Shown here: positions 61,091 to 64,000 of the stretch, piece by piece
Layout: every line of letters starts with the position of its first letter
Numbering within the stretch: position 1 is the stretch's first letter
NCBI GenBank assembly: GCA_019721075.1
Contig: JAHEAD010000003.1
Location: 1 to 64,000, forward strand
Length of the DNA: 64,000 nucleotides
Source of the DNA: Candidatus Sysuiplasma jiujiangense
GTDB taxonomy: Archaea > Thermoplasmatota > Thermoplasmata > Sysuiplasmatales > Sysuiplasmataceae
Reading direction: 5' to 3'
Notes under the pieces: model-generated
What the model was told of the DNA's origin: nothing
Databases searched by the model: none
Seen by the model: only the letters and a program-made list of their open reading frames with translations
Program-made: the position numbers and the translations under genes

Positions 61091-61670
61091 ACTGACAACG
61101 GTTCATATGGAAGTGTGCCATAAAAAGAACTCAGGAACCGGAGAGACTAATGCATGTGCAGCATGTCTTGGTAACTGAACTCCGCAAAACGTTTATCATT
61201 CTGATGACCGGTTTGTCTTCAATAATACCCGGGTCAGTTCAGGATCACGCTAATCGCCGGTGGTTACCGGCTAGCCGGCCCAGTGGACAATTCGGCGAAG
61301 ATAACGTCAGATATAATGATGCAGCCTTAGCCCGGCTGAGACAGGGCGAATTTCTTATCAGAAACTTCTGGCTTTCGTTCGAGCCTACCCGGCTTGGGTG
61401 GATGAAAGTCGACTCGTACAGGCCTGAGATTCCTCTGGGCGAAGTGGTGCGGGACATTGCAGTCTGGCAGGTTGTCGAATCGCTGCACACCGGATTTAGG
61501 GCCGGGAGATGGTTACATGTCTGTTCGGCTGGCAGGATTACGTCATCACAAACGGATATGACGTGAAACTTGGGCCGGAGGAGAGAGGATAACTTAAGAT
61601 TAAAACCTGCGCCCGTCATGATGAAAGGCACACAATAGTTTTTTACTGTATGCTTCGATACACTCTCCAT

Positions 61671-62144
61671 ATGGAGAAGAATACTGTCTCTAACCCCCTC
61701 AAACTCAAATCGGTTCTTGTCGCCATCGACTCATCAAAGAAATCCATGAAAGCGCTTGAGTTCTCCTTCCGTCTTCTGAGCAGCAACAAGGAAGGCAAGC
61801 TTTACATACTCAACGCCGTGAACCCGGTGCTGCTGCGCGTCAGCGGTGATGCACCGCAGACTGGCATCATGGTCATCGAGAAGCAGGAAGAGGAGCTGAG
61901 GGAAGCGAAACAGCTCATAAATCATGCAGTCGCGCATGCGAAGGCGAACGGTATACTGAATGTTGAGGGAATAGTCAAGGAAGCAGATCCGGTAAGGGCA
62001 ATAATACAGACAGCCGATTCGGTGAAACCGGATCTGATCGTCCTGGGAAACAGGGGGAGGGGGTTCAGGAGAGGTATTTTCTTCGGTTCCGTTTCACAGA
62101 GAGTTGCCGCCGATTCGCCTGTATCGGTGATGATCGTCAAGTGA
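61671..62144 (+). CDS. Universal stress protein
   Basis: VLVAIDSS...DLIVLGNRG...GSVS. Confidence 0.92.
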   Translation: MEKNTVSNPLKLKSVLVAIDSSKKSMKALEFSFRLLSSNKEGKLYILNAVNPVLLRVSGDAPQTGIMVIEKQEEELREAKQLINHAVAHAKANGILNVEGIVKEADPVRAIIQTADSVKPDLIVLGNRGRGFRRGIFFGSVSQRVAADSPVSVMIVK

Positions 62145-63141
62145 TGTCCAGTACTGCGGCACCGTTTATTCTCGATTCCCTGAGAGCGAGGAGCGCCTCA
62201 TTTGCCCGGAGCATCGGATATTCCTCCAGGACGCTCCTGATTTTCAAACTACCTGCAAGTCTCATAAATTCATTCGCGTCTGCCCTCGTGTTTGCCTCTA
62301 CCGTTATAACCTTCTTTTCATGGAACAGATGCTTCTCATAATCCATATCCGATACCGCATTCATATGAATCAGCGGTATCGAGAGCGTGCCGCCGGGCTT
62401 CAGGCATTCAAGTGCATCTTTCATTGCAATACCGCTCGGTGCAAAGAGCAGGGCAGAATCAAGTTTTTCCCTGAGGGCTGAAGGGGCATCGCCCGATACA
62501 AATGACCCGGAGGCACCAAGCCTCCGCGCTAGCTCCAGGTGTTCTTCGGATCTGGACACGGCGGCAACTTCATAGCCGAGCATGTATGCGACCTGGCAGA
62601 TTATATGAGCCGAACTGCCAAAACCGAATATACCTATTTTCCCGCCGGGCGAGGGTCTTGCAATCTTGAATGCGCGGTAACCGATAATACCGGAACACAT
62701 CAGCGGTGCAGCCTGCGCGGAGGAAATTTCATCCGGTATGCGCAATACATAGGAGGAACGGGCAAGAACAAACTCGGCGAATGCGCCGTTTACGGTATAG
62801 CCGGTAAAAATCTTTTCCGGGCACAGATTTTCCCTTCCGGAAACACAGTATTCGCATCTGCCGCATGTGCCGTGAAGCCAGGGCACTCCGACCCTTTCAC
62901 CCGCTTCAACCTCAGTAACACCGCTGCCTGTGGCAACGACCCGTCCGATGCCCTCATGCCCGGGAATCAGCCGTTTGTCTGTCACGCCGAGATCGCCCTC
63001 GGCGATGTGCAGGTCTGTTCTGCAGACACCGCAGTTTTCCACCTTCACAAGCACTTCCCCTTCCGCGGGATTGCCGATTTCGACATCTTCCTGCTCCAGC
63101 CAGTAACCCGTCTTTCTGCTCGCAAGAGTCATTGCCTTCAT
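62137..63141 (-). CDS. Zinc-dependent alcohol dehydrogenase
   Basis: CGVCRTDLH, GHEG and CGRCEYC. Confidence 0.93.
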   Translation of the reverse strand: MKAMTLASRKTGYWLEQEDVEIGNPAEGEVLVKVENCGVCRTDLHIAEGDLGVTDKRLIPGHEGIGRVVATGSGVTEVEAGERVGVPWLHGTCGRCEYCVSGRENLCPEKIFTGYTVNGAFAEFVLARSSYVLRIPDEISSAQAAPLMCSGIIGYRAFKIARPSPGGKIGIFGFGSSAHIICQVAYMLGYEVAAVSRSEEHLELARRLGASGSFVSGDAPSALREKLDSALLFAPSGIAMKDALECLKPGGTLSIPLIHMNAVSDMDYEKHLFHEKKVITVEANTRADANEFMRLAGSLKIRSVLEEYPMLRANEALLALRESRINGAAVLDIT

Positions 63142-63210
63142 CGTAACACAGATAAAAATTAACAGTTCTGGAACTAATAGTTTTTTATCGGATGGCTCAA
63201 TCCCCAATGC

Positions 63211-64000
63211 ATGATAGGCGTTCAGGAAGTCAACCCGGCTGTTACGGACATAAAGAAGTTCATAATCCAGTTCGGCGAGCTGGTAAGAGCTTCCGGAGAG
63301 GATCTTCCAGCGCAATGGGCAGAAGAAAAGATAGACTCGATAAAGAACAGGCAGGAATACTGCTATGCGGCCGTCGATGGGAACAGGATCCTGGGCATTG
63401 CCGTGTTCAGCCAGAAGGAGGGAAGGGGTTTCTCATTTGTGTCGTGGGAAAACGAGGAAGTTGACAGGGAAGCGCTGCTTTTGCTTGTCAGAGAATATGT
63501 CAGCCGGCTCTCCCCAAGCTCATGGCTGAGAATCAGCGGAATACATCCGAATATACCTGAAGAGACGATGACATCCGTATGCGCCGGCCTCGGATTTCAG
63601 AAGAAGAAAAGAATCGAAATGTCAAGGGGTCTGGCAGACATACCGGAGGCGACTGAGCCGGAAGGCTCGTTTGCTCTTGTCCCTATAACGGATTTCACTG
63701 AAAGCGTCCTTTCAAGACTCGACTGGGAAAGCTACAGGAACACGCCCGATGAGGGCCTCTTCGCGAACAGTGCAGAGGAAAATGAGAAGATGATGCATTC
63801 TCTTCTTACGGGGGACTACGGACCGGTGATAAAGAACGCATCCGTATGTGCAGTGAACGACGGTAACCCGATTGCGATGATTGCCGTTACCGACATGGGT
63901 GACAAGGCATTTCTTGCAGATCTGAGCGTATCGCAAAATTACAGGAGAAAGGGACTGGGACGTTTCCTGATAACCAGGGCAATGAAGGAGGCTGCTCTGC
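63211..64000 (+). CDS. GNAT acetyltransferase, partial (runs off the window)
   Basis: Not in the ORF track. Frame from ATG 63211 reaches LADLSVSQNYRRKGLG. Confidence 0.8.
   Translation, partial: MIGVQEVNPAVTDIKKFIIQFGELVRASGEDLPAQWAEEKIDSIKNRQEYCYAAVDGNRILGIAVFSQKEGRGFSFVSWENEEVDREALLLLVREYVSRLSPSSWLRISGIHPNIPEETMTSVCAGLGFQKKKRIEMSRGLADIPEATEPEGSFALVPITDFTESVLSRLDWESYRNTPDEGLFANSAEENEKMMHSLLTGDYGPVIKNASVCAVNDGNPIAMIAVTDMGDKAFLADLSVSQNYRRKGLGRFLITRAMKEAAL

Noticed and set aside
61150..61670. Overlapping ORFs after tRNA-Thr as another cassette
   Set aside because: No recognisable family and no tRNA-Thr 3' fragment seen downstream

Overview
Archaeal chromosomal segment with Thermoplasmata-like gene content: TBP, TFB, Spt5, G1PDH (egsA), PriL, EndA, two ftsZ genes, secE-spt5-L11-L1-L10-L12, a Moco operon and four tRNAs. 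Main results: (1) Two tandem arrays of about 1-kb cassettes carry VapBC-type toxin-antitoxin (TA) pairs and other cargo. Each cassette ends in a conserved hybrid site made of an element-derived arm plus a displaced tRNA 3' end. One array is at about 0.9-5.5 kb (tRNA-Arg-like fragments), the other at 50.6-54.6 kb (behind tRNA-Gly(CCC)), and the window holds no integrase, which suggests an integron-like, tRNA-anchored cassette-capture system. (2) Two paralogous surface-glycoprotein genes, each bracketed by 66-86-bp MITE-like units (GGCTTTGC...GCAAAGCC), interrupt the conserved ftsZ-secE and L11-L1 junctions. (3) A bacterial-type DnaA AAA+ module lacks its DNA-binding domain and is fused to a DUF835-like domain. 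(4) A tRNA-Lys(UUU) has two non-canonical BHB introns. All calls come from reading motifs by eye; no database searches were run.
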